The notes under the pieces: generated by a model
What the model was told of the DNA's origin: nothing
What the model saw: only the letters and a program-made list of their open reading frames with translations
Database searches by the model: none
Program-made: the position numbers and the translations under genes
Source of the DNA: Fimicolochytrium jonesii
Taxonomy: Eukaryota
NCBI RefSeq assembly: GCF_025526975.1
Contig: NW_026515671.1
Span: 1,488,001-1,552,000 of the forward strand
DNA: 64,000 bases
Reading direction: 5' to 3'
Shown: positions 1-12,255 of the stretch, piece by piece
Position numbering within the stretch: position 1 is the first letter of the stretch
How the letters are laid out: the number at the start of each line of letters is the position of its first letter

Positions 1-122
1 GGACACAGGCTGCGGAACGGGAAGTGAGCGTGAGTGGACGGTTCAGGGAGTTGAGGGATGTGCAGGGGGAACTCACCGATGAGAGCCACAAGGGCCAAGA
101 GGGCGGCATGATACTTAGCCAT
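1..122 (-). CDS. 5' end of a secreted protein gene (partial, runs off the window)
   Basis: ATG at 122 gives MAKYHAALLALVALI. Intron GTGAGT..CCGCAG at 76-10, then ACV. Looks like a signal peptide; TATA-like sequence near 237-241. Confidence 0.6.
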   Translation of the reverse strand, partial: MAKYHAALLALVALIGEFPLHIPQLPEPSTHAHFPFRSLC

Positions 123-2680
123 GGTGACTACGCCGAGGAGATGATGGCCCGGAATGGATGAGCAAAAAGGGGACTATCTGAGTGACAAGTACGTTTGAGA
201 GACGAATAGAGATGAGGCTAGGTGTGTTACTTCTGATATACGCTTCCAAAACGAGTGGGAAGCCACAAAGGAAGGGAGATTTGGAAAGAGGTTATGGGCC
301 AAAACTTGGGTTTTGTGAGGCTGGAAACGTCACCACTGCCAAGGCCTCAGAGGGCTCCCCCACATCAAGTCATATCTCATCAAGTCGCGCATGGCGGGTG
401 GCGAGTGGCTGTTTGTCATCGCCACCCCCCCCCCCCCATTTTGACAGCTTGTCAACAATCGGGCTGGATCCAACTGGGATGTGGAGATTTTCGACTGCTT
501 CATGGCATACACATTCGCCCTACCACTCCGGTGCAGCGATGTAGCTAATGAGTCACCCCATCCAGGCCTTCAACCACAGAAAGGAAAGACGAGATTCATC
601 ACACTACACATCATTCTTTCGAGCTATCACGCCCAATATTCAATCCAGCCCGCTTCCGCCGCCGGGCACCCGCGATCAGTTCACACTGCCTGTGGACAGC
701 GCACCCCGACCGGCGACGCAATGGTTCGAAACCATCGGTTTGCATCAGATCTCGGGGTATTGAACGATATCGACATGTGAAGCAGGCTCGGGGAAGATAT
801 GGACCATCCCATCACTTGGTTAGCGGCAGGATCACTTGGTTAACGTCTGTAATAAAGGGCAGTACAAGGCCCACCTACTGCGGACGACGGGCTCTGTGCC
901 TCCCATTTTGAAGAGGGGCACAACCTTGCCCGAGAAGCTGTGGCGCAGGCGATGGAAATGAATAGCAGGTAAGCATTTTGCAGCGATGATCTTGTGGCAC
1001 TCTTTGAGAGACACGCACCATGTGAGCTTTAAACCTAATCGAGTTTGAAATCAAAAGGCGGCAGACGAACTTAACACCTCATCGCAGCCATTCACGGGTT
1101 GCACGCCCGAGTAATCGACCCGTTGTGATTGAGACGGATGTGATCCGAAGCCCGAGCTCGCTCGGTGCATATCTCCCCCATCTACCGCCAGCCAGCCGTG
1201 CGGCACCGGTTTCGCGCGAACATCCGACATCTCTCTCAACAGAAACGCGAAGTGGTTAAATAGGCGACATTAGTGTGGGACGCCTGTTTGCTCCCCCGAG
1301 TGGGAGCCAGGGAGAAAGGGATACTAGCAACATGGGCGCTTTTCTTATCGTCTCTTGGAAATGGTGTGAGCATCACCGTCCTTCGAGTCACTCATGACAA
1401 ACCGGTAGAGTATTTGCGATGGATTTATCGGAGATCAGCGTTGTTGTGGGGAGAAGGCAAAAGGAGGAAATAGAGATGGTGTTAATGAGGACAGAAGGGA
1501 GGAGATTTGTTATGGAAACAACAATTTCTTGGACAAGACCCAGAGGCATTCGTGGGGATTTAACCCTTTCATAGCCTTGGCTTCGACAGGGCTTATGAGG
1601 ACAAGTAAGTACTACTTGCCCGCAGGCAGCTGGAATGGGCCAGAACCTCGCAAATCACATCCTCGGTTTTTTATCACTCAGGAATCTCGGCAACCCCGCA
1701 TTGCTCCAAGTGTCCGACATCCTTTCCCGGGAAACCAAAGAATTAGAGAGCTACTGATGTCGTTAAGGGAGGGATGAGCGCTGGGAGCGCTTTCATGTCA
1801 GCGGGAGTAATAACACACTCTATGTCCTCCCAATATTTGTCTTCAGCTCCTTCTGTATTCCAGTAGATCGGTGCGACGGGCCGCATAACATCAGAAGAGA
1901 GGGAGACTATTACTTGTGACATTTACCTGTATCTTTCGTATAGATGAATGTTATCGGCTGTCCCCCTATGCCAGAGCGACGAGAGAGAACGCTTTTGACA
2001 GGCTCAGGCTGACATGACGGCGACGAACAGACAAACCAAACCAACTCCGACCGGTCACGTGATGCAGGGTGCACGCCCATTTTTCTCGCTCTTGCGTGTT
2101 CTCAACTCGATCTTCTCTTGCGAAATCGTCAGGCCGTCCTCGCAAAATCTATCCCCAGATCAACGACTACCCACCGAATCTCATCCCTCGAAGCACTTTG
2201 TACTCTGGAAAGAAATGACGATTCACATCGTCCAGCCCATCGGCTTCACCCCTTTCCACAGTATCACTGCTCCCGAAATCGTCCCCCCCTTTATGAAAAT
2301 CCGCCTGGCATGTTACTCATCCAACCAGTCCATAACCCCACGTTGGTTTCTCGAGTGTCAAACCAGGCGAAGAGTAGACCACAACACTGGAGCGGGCCGG
2401 CGGGAGTGGTCCTGGCGTTCTTCTACGGGAGATGTCGGGATACTTTCGCTTGAAGATGTCGAATGCTTCTTTTGGAGCTTGTTCGTCTTCGGAGGTTATT
2501 GCCCTGCACGGACATTTTTTGATGTGATTTTACGAGATATGGATGGGAAGGGAAAGCGATGAGATTCAGGAAGAGATGTTGGTTGAAAGCTCTCTGGCAT
2601 CTTTGCTACTAGCAATAAATCTCTATTGAAGTACATAATGTGCATTGTCACAGGACGATACTCTAAGCGGGACCCTATGC

Positions 2681-4342
2681 TTAGGCAGGGAACTTCCCTC
2701 CACAGATGTTATCAATCGCCTGCCTGACTCTCTTCAGCGCAACAGCCTTATTCCCACCCTCCGTCGGGATATCCAAACACCTCGTCGGCAACCCCTGCAA
2801 AGCCACGAGTCCCGCCGGCGCAATGTCCGCATATGTCACGGGCTTAAACCCGTTCTGCTTGGACGTCTCCGGCAGCGGCCGCTCGTTGATGGCGGCGAGG
2901 ATGGCTTCGGGGAACTTTCCGGGACTGGCGGTCGAGAGACAGGCGGTGTAGGTGGCAGATGCGGCAAAGTGTTCGGCTGCCACGACACCGACGGCGGTGT
3001 GCGGGTCCAGAACGTAGGGCGACGTTCCGGGGTCGGTGGTTGCGCCTTTCGCGTACTGGTGATGGTAGTAGCGGTGGATAGCGTCCGACGTGAGTTCGTC
3101 GGATGTGCAGAAGGAGGTGAACAGCTCCCTCGCGCGAGCCAGCAGGTCGCTAGGCACTTCGAACCCGCCCTTCTCCTTCAGATCCGTCACCCATCGCGTC
3201 ACTGTTTCGCTCGACTTCTGCGCCTTCTTCTCTTCCTCCTCCTCGTTCGCACTCGCCTGTCCGCTGCGCCCGTCGCCTTTCGCAAGGTACCAGATGAGAC
3301 GCTCGAAGTTTGAGCTGACGAGGATATCCATTGCGGGCGACAAGGTCTGTTTGACCTCTTCGTGGCCGTTGGCGGTGTGTCGCTTCTCGTACTTGCCCGA
3401 TTGGAAGAATCGGTGCAAGATGTCGTTTTCGTTGGTAGCGACGATGAGCTGGGCGATGGGAAGTCCCATCCTGACAGCGTAGTATCCGGCCAGGACGTCT
3501 CCAAAGTTGCCGGTGGGAACGCTGTACTGGATTGTCGGGAGGGATCCGGCTGACGCACTTCCCGCACCAACCTGTTTCAGCAATGTCAGGTAGGAGTAGA
3601 AGTAGTATGACGTCTGAGCGAGAATGCGTGCCCAGTTGATAGAGTTGACGGCGGCAAGCTGGAAGCGGCGGCGGAAAGGTTCATCCGAGAAAGCCGCTTT
3701 CACGGTGTCCTGGCAATCGTCAAATGTGCCTTCCAGAGCGATGTTGTGCACATTTTCATCCAGCACGCTCGTCATCTGCTGTTCTTGTACGGGCGAGATG
3801 CGACCCTTCGGATGCAAGATAAAGACATCGACGTTCTTCTTGCCACGCAGACCGTAGATGGCAGCTCCTCCTGTATCCCCACTGGTCGCACCCAGCACCG
3901 TGATGGCTGCGCGAGATCCGCTCTTCCCTTGCTTGTTCCGCCTCTCCAGAAAGTACTCAAACAGGTTTCCCAAAAACTGCAGCGCGATATCCTTGAAAGC
4001 GAATGTCGGGCCGTGGAAGAGTTCGAGTATGTAGAGGTTGTCGGCTCCGAGGGTTGGCAACTTTTTGAGCGGCGTGACCTCTGGCGTAGAGAAAGTGGCA
4101 AAGGAACGAGCAACAATGTCCGTCAAATCGGCATCCGGAATCTCATCGTCGCCAATGAAATTTCGGAAGATTTTGACAGCAATCTCAGAGAACGTGAGAG
4201 GCGACCACCCCAGGATCTCTTCAACCGGGATTTGTGGTATGGAATGCGGAATGTATAGGCCTCCGTCGACGGCGAGACCCTCAAAAACAGCTTCCTCGAA
4301 CGTCAGGCCGGAGGACTTTCCCCTGGTAGATCGGTACCGCAT
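2681..4342 (-). CDS. THR4: Threonine synthase (intronless)
   Basis: 553-aa ORF with MRYRSTRG start, ELFHGPTFAFKD (PLP lysine), ATSGDTG, NSINWARI, VPTGNFGD and SPAMDILVSSNFERL. Confidence 0.97.
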   Translation of the reverse strand: MRYRSTRGKSSGLTFEEAVFEGLAVDGGLYIPHSIPQIPVEEILGWSPLTFSEIAVKIFRNFIGDDEIPDADLTDIVARSFATFSTPEVTPLKKLPTLGADNLYILELFHGPTFAFKDIALQFLGNLFEYFLERRNKQGKSGSRAAITVLGATSGDTGGAAIYGLRGKKNVDVFILHPKGRISPVQEQQMTSVLDENVHNIALEGTFDDCQDTVKAAFSDEPFRRRFQLAAVNSINWARILAQTSYYFYSYLTLLKQVGAGSASAGSLPTIQYSVPTGNFGDVLAGYYAVRMGLPIAQLIVATNENDILHRFFQSGKYEKRHTANGHEEVKQTLSPAMDILVSSNFERLIWYLAKGDGRSGQASANEEEEEKKAQKSSETVTRWVTDLKEKGGFEVPSDLLARARELFTSFCTSDELTSDAIHRYYHHQYAKGATTDPGTSPYVLDPHTAVGVVAAEHFAASATYTACLSTASPGKFPEAILAAINERPLPETSKQNGFKPVTYADIAPAGLVALQGLPTRCLDIPTEGGNKAVALKRVRQAIDNICGGKFPA

Positions 4343-4610
4343 TCTGACTCGACTTTGGTTCAGCCAAGTATACAGGTGTCGGGATAGCCCGAAAGGTTAG
4401 AGCTTCAACGCTTCGAAGTAGGAGCTCCTCGAGTGACCGGGTATGGCGGCGGGCTCCGTGATGCTGTGCGCTGTTCCGGTCGGCGGTTCTCCGAAGTCGT
4501 AGGTGCGTCTATGGAGTGCGACGAAAAGCTGGACCCTGCGTTGAACGAGCGTAAGGCAGGCGAGGTAAGCGCAGTGCGGCGGACAGAAACGGTCTGAGCT
4601 CGTTGGAGGA

Positions 4611-4629
4611 GGGGGGGGGGGGGGGGGGG
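4611..4629 (+). repeat. Poly-G tract (G19)
   Basis: Homopolymer run seen directly, upstream of THR4. Confidence 0.9.
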
Positions 4630-4810
4630 ATGTCTCGGAAGGACGGACTCTTTGTTATGCAGCGGATTTCGAAGACCGCTCAGCGCGCTGATAATCTTCA
4701 AATCCACAGCCAGAAAGTGATGAGTCAGGCGTCGCCCTATCTCTCCGCGTCTCGTCATCGCGTGGGTGCGCTCTCCGACACGAGCATGTAGCCCCACTGA
4801 AGCCATCAAT

Positions 4811-5095
4811 AGCCTCGAACACCAGGCTTCTTCTCAGGCAACTGCTGGTGCTTCGACTGCAGGGTTGTCCACTGCGGAGGCATCCAAGGCGAACGCTGAG
4901 GACCTGAAGGCCGCTGGCAACAGGGCAATGTCAACCATGCAGTACGTTCATGCCATCAAATTGTATTCGGAGGCGTTCGAGCTCGACGCCGAGTAATCTT
5001 TACCGACGAGTATAAGTTCACCTCGGCCCCTTCCCGCCGGGCCGCGCCCCCGGTCAACCTACTCATTCTCTAACTTAGCCGGGGCAGCGGACGGC
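4811..5095 (+). pseudogene. SGT2/SGTA-like TPR gene fragment
   Basis: KANAEDLKAAGNRAMSTMQYVHAIKLYSEAFELDAE resembles the first TPR of Sgt2. No credible ATG, stop at 4994-4996, degenerate continuation. Confidence 0.55.
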
Positions 5096-5742
5096 GGGAG
5101 AGGCAACGGGTGGGTGAGGGATGAGGAGACAAAGATGTTGCCCTGAGCCCCGACGCCACACCTTGGTCTCCGGTGCACGCATTCGGGCCTTTCCGACCGA
5201 TTTCACCATTGCGTCACGCCGTAATTCCTGCACCACATCATCGCATACGTTTGTTGCTGGATAAAAGCATCAGGGCTTCCAGAAGCATTGCTTTGTATGC
5301 TACGCAGTCCCGCAGGATAGCGTACTCTGGGTTATTAGGGCGCGTGATGCCGTTGTGAAGTAGAAATCGATGTTCGCAATTGCATCTTGCCACAGTGCGA
5401 GGTCGCAACCCTGGCGTTGGCGCTCACTTTTGCTCACGTTGGCGTTGGCAAGCGTCCGGTAATATACTCTCAGCGCGCCCAGCTGTGCAGTTGCATGTGT
5501 AATTTTTGGCTTGAAAGGTGAAAGTTTGGTACGACATACCGCAACGAACACGCTGATCATTGCCATCAGTTCCAAATGTATGTAGGCGAGTATGATAAAT
5601 CTCTCATTCAAGAAACAGAAAAAGGCTCTCGACATGATGCAAAATTGGAAGACTAGCTGATTAAGGGTATGCCTACTCGGGGTCGACCGACTGAGGATGG
5701 TATATACAAACAGATACAGAGAGAGCGCTTTCCTACATTGGC

Positions 5743-6319
5743 TCAAGCAATCTGAATCGACTTGGGTTGGGCCTGCTCAGCCTTCCCGATCTTGATGTGA
5801 AGCACACCGTTCTCCATCTTGGCCTCGACCTTGTTGGAGTCGAATTTGCCCATGGGGAGGGGTACGTGGCGCTCGAACTTGCCGTAGTTCATCTCGAGCC
5901 ACGAGAGCGGCTGGGCTTTCTCGTACGTCTCGGGTTGGGGGCGCTCGCCGCTGATTGTCATCGTAGAGTCTGGATGAAGAGGGAGAGGGAAGACGTCGTC
6001 AGTAAAGCCGGATATCTTTCCCACCTCCGACACCAAGCTGAGAACACATACCTTCAGTGAGATCAATCTTAACATTCTCCTTTGTAACCCCCGGAAGATC
6101 AGCACAGATCATGTAGCTGTCCCCCGCATCAAGGACATCGACATGCGGGACCCATTCCACGGTAGGCCCAGCTTCAGTCCTCTTGCCGGTGCCGCGACCG
6201 CCGCCGCGACCTCCGCGGTGGCGGCCGGCTGGAGCTCCGGGAGCGTTTGCGACGTAGACGGGGAAGTCGCCGAAGAAGTCGTTGAGGACGCGGTTGAGGG
6301 TGCGGTCGAGGTCGCCCAT
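5743..6319 (-). CDS. Small heat-shock protein (Hsp20/alpha-crystallin)
   Basis: Exons 6319-6052 and 5969-5743. Motifs WVPHVDV, ADLPGV, YGKFER and AKMENGVLHI. Confidence 0.95.
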
Positions 6320-6456
6320 GTTTGTGGTTTGGTTTGGCGAGTTGAGTGTGGGTGTGGCTAAGAGCGTTGGGAAGCTGTTTTGAGAGCTTTGAGATTTGCG
6401 TTTTTGGTCTGGAGTGCTGAATTGGTGGGAGGGAGAGGACGTTGGGTGGCCCCGGC

Positions 6457-6463
6457 TTTTATA
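6457..6463 (-). promoter_or_regulatory. TATA box of Hsp20 gene
   Basis: TATAAAA on the minus strand, about 140 nt upstream of the ATG. Confidence 0.7.
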
Positions 6464-6609
6464 GCCGTTGGCCTACGGTTCGCCGTTGCTCTTCAGACGT
6501 CACATCTAGCTACGTCGCTGAGTCCTCTCCACATTTCCATGGCCACCTTCCCAACGGGGCGTCATTTTCGGTCAAACTGTTCTATCCATTTCGGCCTAGC
6601 GAAAATTGG

Positions 6610-6780
6610 AGAACTTTCCCCCTCTGATGCAACGGTAAACGGGAGGTGGACTTCCCCCGGCACGTATACAAGTGACGGGAATACGAGGAAACTGCCAGAA
6701 GGCGCTCGAAAAACTGTCAAACTGTCACTTTGACGCGTCTGAGTTGGCGCAAATTCCGGCATTTTCTCAAAGTTCCGTTT
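6610..6780. promoter_or_regulatory. Putative heat-shock elements
   Basis: GAAnnTTC at 6611-6618; GAA at 6688, 6698 and 6708 (10-nt period); degenerate TTCnnGCAnnTTC near 6754-6776. Confidence 0.5.
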
Positions 6781-7023
6781 CCGGGAGCCCTCTTCCAAGG
6801 GGGCTAAATCTTTCTAGCAAAATCCATTGGCAGGCAGGACGCTTCCTACAAGTTCGGCAACATGGAAACTGCGTTCCGGTGTATCTATCCCGATTCTTAA
6901 CATGCTTCTGTCCTACAATCCTCTATCGCGAAACAACCTCTAATGAACTGTATGAACCGCCGCTATGGTTGCTGCAATGCGAAATTCGCGTTCCATGCTC
7001 ATGCGTACGGCAGAGGTATTTTT

Positions 7024-10000
7024 TCATGCAAACTCTGATGCTTCTTGGTCAAGTACTTGCAACCCGAACCCGGAAACGGCAACCTCGAGGCGGTTACTAT
7101 GATGAATGAGCAACCGTCAGTCGACTACCTTCTACGAAAATTTTCATGGCACGCATCATAGCTTACCCATTGACGGTAGCGTCCATATCTGATATGTCCG
7201 AGACATCAATGTGCTGACTTGACAGCAATGCAAATTCAATTTGAGATGTATCATTCGCACTGAATCGGAATGTGTTCAATCTTTGATCAACGGAGGTCGA
7301 CATCAGACAGTCATCAGAAAGTAGCTTGATGCCTGGATGTTGCATGTGTGAGCTCAAAGCAGAGGCAGTGGGCAAAGGGATATCTGCGCCTCACCTGTTA
7401 CGCCGGAAGAATGAGGTGCAATGATGCTTCCCTGGACGACCCGAGATACGGATAGGCTTCTTGCGGAAGGATCCGGAGGATTGAACGTCAACCTTGTGGC
7501 TGTTATGGAGTTATCGTCCCCGCCTGTGACGACTGTGAAATCGGATGTATCGCCTGCAATGATGCCATTCAGTTACAATGCAATATCGAAAGATGAAGGC
7601 AGAAATCATGTCTGACCTACGGAGCATCTCACATCCATTGCGTTAATGCCGGATTGATGAATCCGAGAACAATGCACGATGCTCACAAGTTCCGCAGGTC
7701 CCTTCCAAGTCCCCTTTTGTATCCCCTCCCATGCTTCTGCAATGATTGAAGTGCAATCCCAAACAGAAAGAAGGCCACCCGTGCAACCGGTCGCGGCAAT
7801 GGCCGAAGCTTCCGCTCCTCTCGCAAGAATGACGATCCTGGCTCTGGTCACGCAGCGCTTGTGCGCTTTCGATACGGCTATGCAATGGAAATTCGAATGT
7901 GCCTCGTCATATAGCCACAGTCGCACCATTGCGTCCGAGTAAGCCGCAACAATCAGATGAAGCAAGGTGTATGTCGGCCCCAATTGCTTCAATGACGTCG
8001 TTCCTATGTCCATAATCCGCATATCGTTGATGTCGCTCACGCTAGGGGCAACCCCTCGTTCAATGCATTTGGTGTGATTCCCACTGTCAGTCTCAACTTG
8101 CCAGCATCGCATCTCCTCCCGAGCACCAGCCGTAAACATCAAGGTCGTCTGCCCTGTGGAAAAAGCGATGCCTCGCACAACCGACATATGCTTTCGGACA
8201 TTCAGCACGCTCTTCATGGTCTGATCCCGCCGTAATGGGTCGAACTCGCTAAATCGTAGCACGGCGTCTTCCCCGGACGTCAATATCAGTGATCGACGGC
8301 TGTCATTTGCCGTCTGTCCGGGCACGAATCGGATAACCCTAGTCTCCATTCCCGAATGATGGTCCTGCAGTTTCGGGTCTCGAAAATCCGCAACCCCAGC
8401 TTGGTCACGGATCACAAGCTGTATTCGCCCCAGTCGAACGAATCCGAATGTGGCACGCTGTAGTAGCCCATCTTCGAGCTTCAGATCCCAGCGTCGGTGG
8501 CCACCCCCGCAGTCCACAGAAAACATCTCGTATCTCTTGGTTTCGTTGTAGATGAACAGACGTTTGTTGTAAAAGCCGACCAGGATCGCCATCTCATCCA
8601 CAAAGTATAGCTTTTCGAGCCATCCTTTGGTTATTCTCGTCCGGTGCAGATTTTCTACTGCCCATTCGGGTTTTGTCCTGTTCACAGCGAAGCGGCAGAA
8701 CATGCCATCACGCCCCACGGTTCCAAATATAAGCTCATTATCCCGTCTCTCCGAGGCCCTGTCGTCGATTGTGATCGAACTCACGGAATCCTTTCCATGT
8801 ACACGTCGCTGAACGTATACGGGATCAAGGACGGTGGGGTCGGACGCGACGTTGTTTTGTGCCACTGGTTGAGTGTCGTACATAGCTATTGCACCAAGCC
8901 GCGACCCAAGAATCAGAACCTTCGCTTTTGCTGAAAATGCAATACCCATTGGCCAAAAATGATCCGGCAACGTCACAATCGCAACCATCGAGACGAGGCA
9001 GGATCCATCTTCGTCCGACAGCTTCAATACGAAGATGAACAGCTCCTCTGTCTTCTCGGCGAAACTGAGGAGGTACCATTTTCCATCCTCCCCGGATGGG
9101 AATATATGCACGGAATTGACCTTTCCGGTGTGGGACGCCCATTTGCAAGACGGAAATGCTTTCAAAGGACTAATCGCGATCAGTTGCCCATCGAAAGCGC
9201 CTGCGACAACCAGGCTCCCGCAATCAGATGAAGCGATGACGGTGTAGCGTGCAAACTCAGGATCAACAAACAGAAGGTCCGGCGATTTATCCGACTGAAG
9301 ATCGTGAATCCAAAACTGCCCCGTGTCCGTGGTCGATAATGCGTGCTCGAATGTCAGCAGCGCAAAGGTCTTCACCACTTCTATTGGAGACTTGGGGTTT
9401 GCATCACCGGATAGCACCGACACGCATTTCATCTGAGATTCCGAGTCTATCTTGTTCCTTTCCAGAGCAGTCAAACTCCACAAGCGGATTCCGGAATCGC
9501 CGCCGCCCGTCGCGATCACGTTGTTTGCCGGATCAATATCTACCGACCATACGTTCTTCCCGTTGTGACCTTCCCAGCAAGCGATGCATTCGGCTTTCAT
9601 CCAGTCCCACACCCGGCATGTCGAGTCTTCGGCAATGCTCACAATATAGCGACCTACGACCTTGCAGTCCCAAACCCTATGAGCGTGCCCGAACAGGCAC
9701 ACGTGCTGCGATCTGTGCGAGAGGAGTTCAGTCTTGGGAATTCCAATAGTGAATAGACTGATAGAGTCAGTACGCACTTGCTGTCCAAGTCCGTGTCCCA
9801 AACTCGCACAGTTCGATCATCCGAAGCAGTCGCGAGCTTCTCACCGTCTGCGCTAAAGCGTATGTTGAAGATAACTCCCTATAATCCCTAACCGCGTTGA
9901 AGTTGCTGACACAATCCTATAGCGTTTCTGAGCATACAACGCATGTACTCATCTACCTCGTGTCCAACCAAGCTCTTCAGTACACGTCCCTCGCCATTGG

Positions 10001-10850
10001 CGTTACGAGCGTCGATATCCCAAAGTAAGACTTGATTGAAAACAGTCCCAGAGGCAAGGTATGTCTTTCCAGTCCTTGTCCGGTAAAAGCGGGCCGAATA
10101 CCTGAAGGGGCGACCAGTCAATGCCGGGGACGTGCGAACACTCCAACCCAGCGAGATCTCCTTACAGAATGCAGTGTTCTTCGCACTGCACTTCGAACAC
10201 TGTCCGATTTTGCGTCAGATTCCAGACTTGCACAAAGTTATGGGCGAATGCCAGTGCTACCTCCGTCGCCGCCGAGCTGTCCTGCTGGTCGCCAACGAAG
10301 TCAGCACATGTTCTCCATCCTAGTTTGGCATCCCTAGCTCACCAACCTCTGATGATAGCCAGAAAACATCTTTGACCCAGTCTTTTAGATTGGCAAGTTC
10401 TTGTTCCACTTCCAGAGAACACGACACGAGCATACTAAGAAGCAGGCAACCCTAAGCCCTTTGTCTTTGCGTGCTTCTGAATTACCCTCGGGTGGTGATC
10501 TTGACTTACTCGCCGTCATATGAGAACTGGAGTACGCCGAATTTCAATATCTTCCCACCACATAATGCAATTCGAGCGGTCTTTGCCTTCCCCGTCGTCT
10601 GTCCGTCTGCAGAGTACACCCGTCAGCTATAGAATATGGTCGAGGGCCACTTGTTGCACACACCTGCCAGCCATATGCCGTGAAGTCTTGCATTCTGGAA
10701 AACTTCAAAGACGGCGATGTTCCGTCCCAAGGCAGTATCGAATACTTTCAGGAAAGGCCCTTGACCTGCGAGCAGGACGGTCGACGAGACGAACTGGAGG
10801 GCTGTAACATGGCCGATATGTGCCTTCTTCGACAAGCGAAGGCCGCCCAT
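7024..10850 (-). CDS. WD40-repeat protein WDR6/Trm734 (tRNA 2'-O-methyltransferase cofactor), multi-exon
   Basis: Motifs YSARF, LASGTVFNQVLLW, LVGHE, SDDRTVRVW, LFGHAHRVW, CGGGHRRW, HQSGIN, SVDQRL and DVSDISDM. Last exon ends LEVAVSGFGLQVLDQEASEFA*. Confidence 0.88.
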
Positions 10851-11108
10851 AGTGCCAGCTTGCCGTGGGGGAGGTGAAGAAGTCCCTCGATTCCGTCTCA
10901 ATAATAGCTTGCCAACGCTCGGCGTGAAGTTATCGACATCAATACCGCGAACCGAGAGCCGAGAGCCGAGAGGCATCATTTCCCTTCTGATTCCCCTTTG
11001 CGTCCGCCGTCAAGCTGGCCATCCTGTCAGGACTCCACCCTTGAAGACAAAGGAAATGGAAAGGCCCTTGTCATTTGTCCTGATAGATAGCACTCCCACA
11101 GAACCGTC

Positions 11109-12255
11109 CTACGCCATCCCGTATACAATCAACAGAAAGAAGCTAACGGCCAGCCACGGACTGCCTCGCGTCGATAAAGTGTCACCGCTGGACGCATCAC
11201 CACCTCCCGTCGGCCCCGTGCTCATTCCCGGCCCTGCTGGGGGCGAACACACGCCTGCGGCATTCGTGCAGGCCAAAAAGGAACCGTCGGCTTTGACGCC
11301 TCGGTCGCGGATGATGGGACTTGTCATCTGTGCGTTGACCATCGCTTGGCATTTGGCGTTTGTGCTCCGTTGTGTGTTGTCGGTGTACTCAACGGAGAAC
11401 GCAGGTTTGCCCGCTGTGATGAAGGGTGTGTAGGACCCACATTCGTTGTATTTTGCGCAATCTTTTGGGGTTTTGCGCATTAGTCTCATGGTAAGGTTTT
11501 TGGAGCTTGATCGAAGGAAGGCTTGATACCTTCGTTGATGGAGTAATCAGCGGCTTGTACAAACTGAGCGACAAGGTTCGGCACGTTCTTCAGTCCTGTG
11601 GAGGGACATCAATGTTGACGCCATCTTACCGGCAGCAGCAATCACCACCTTTATTCTTACCGAAGGAGATGTTATATCCATGCGTCAGAGTGATCAAGGA
11701 CTGTATGAAACTGACTCCGTCGGTAACTGTCACCGGAAACCCGCTCTTGTCGTCCATGTAACCATCGATGTTATCCCCTGATGAGCGCAAACAATGGATT
11801 TAGCCAATGATTTCCGGCCACGGGCTCAATGTCCCAGGGCGGTAGCACATACATTCCACCCCGTCGCACTTCAGATCCACCGCTCGCGTTAGGCGACTTC
11901 TGTAAATGGGCTCCAATGCCGTCTTCTGTCGAATATCCACCCATCTTTCGCCCGGCCACGAGTCGAGATTATGCCCGAGGAGGGACGATGGGAAACTGCC
12001 CGCGTCAGGCCGAAAGCTCTCGTACTGACTAGAGAAATAGCAGGATACCCGTTTGCCTTGATCATGCAGAGTGGAGATGAGGGTTGACTGGGTCAGAAAG
12101 CCATCCAGCATATAAACATCCACGTCCCGATTTTTGTAGCCGCCGATCTGATAATCCCATGTGACGTTGATAGTAGCAGGCCATGGAACAGTGCAACCGT
12201 AGGCGGATGAAAGCATCAACAGCAGGACGAACGGCGCTGGTGTCGTGAAGACCAT
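11109..12255 (-). CDS. Secreted GH114 endo-alpha-1,4-polygalactosaminidase-like protein with C-terminal hydrophobic (GPI-like) tail
   Basis: Signal peptide, TWDYQI, GKRVSCYFS, ESFRPDA, WPGERWVDIR, DGVE/DNIDGY, NEC and GKPAFSVEY. At least two introns. Confidence 0.85.

Noticed and set aside
660..745. tRNA-like T-arm ATGG-TTCGAAA-CCAT with a nearby TTCA (considered tRNA-Sec)
   Set aside because: No acceptor stem, D-arm or correct arm spacing could be built.
2014..2562. 182-aa plus-strand ORF and coding-like minus-strand fragments
   Set aside because: No recognisable motif. Minus-strand pieces are broken by stops, so neither a gene nor a pseudogene call is supportable.
2645..4400. Plus-strand ORFs overlapping THR4
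   Set aside because: Antisense shadows of a GC-rich coding sequence.
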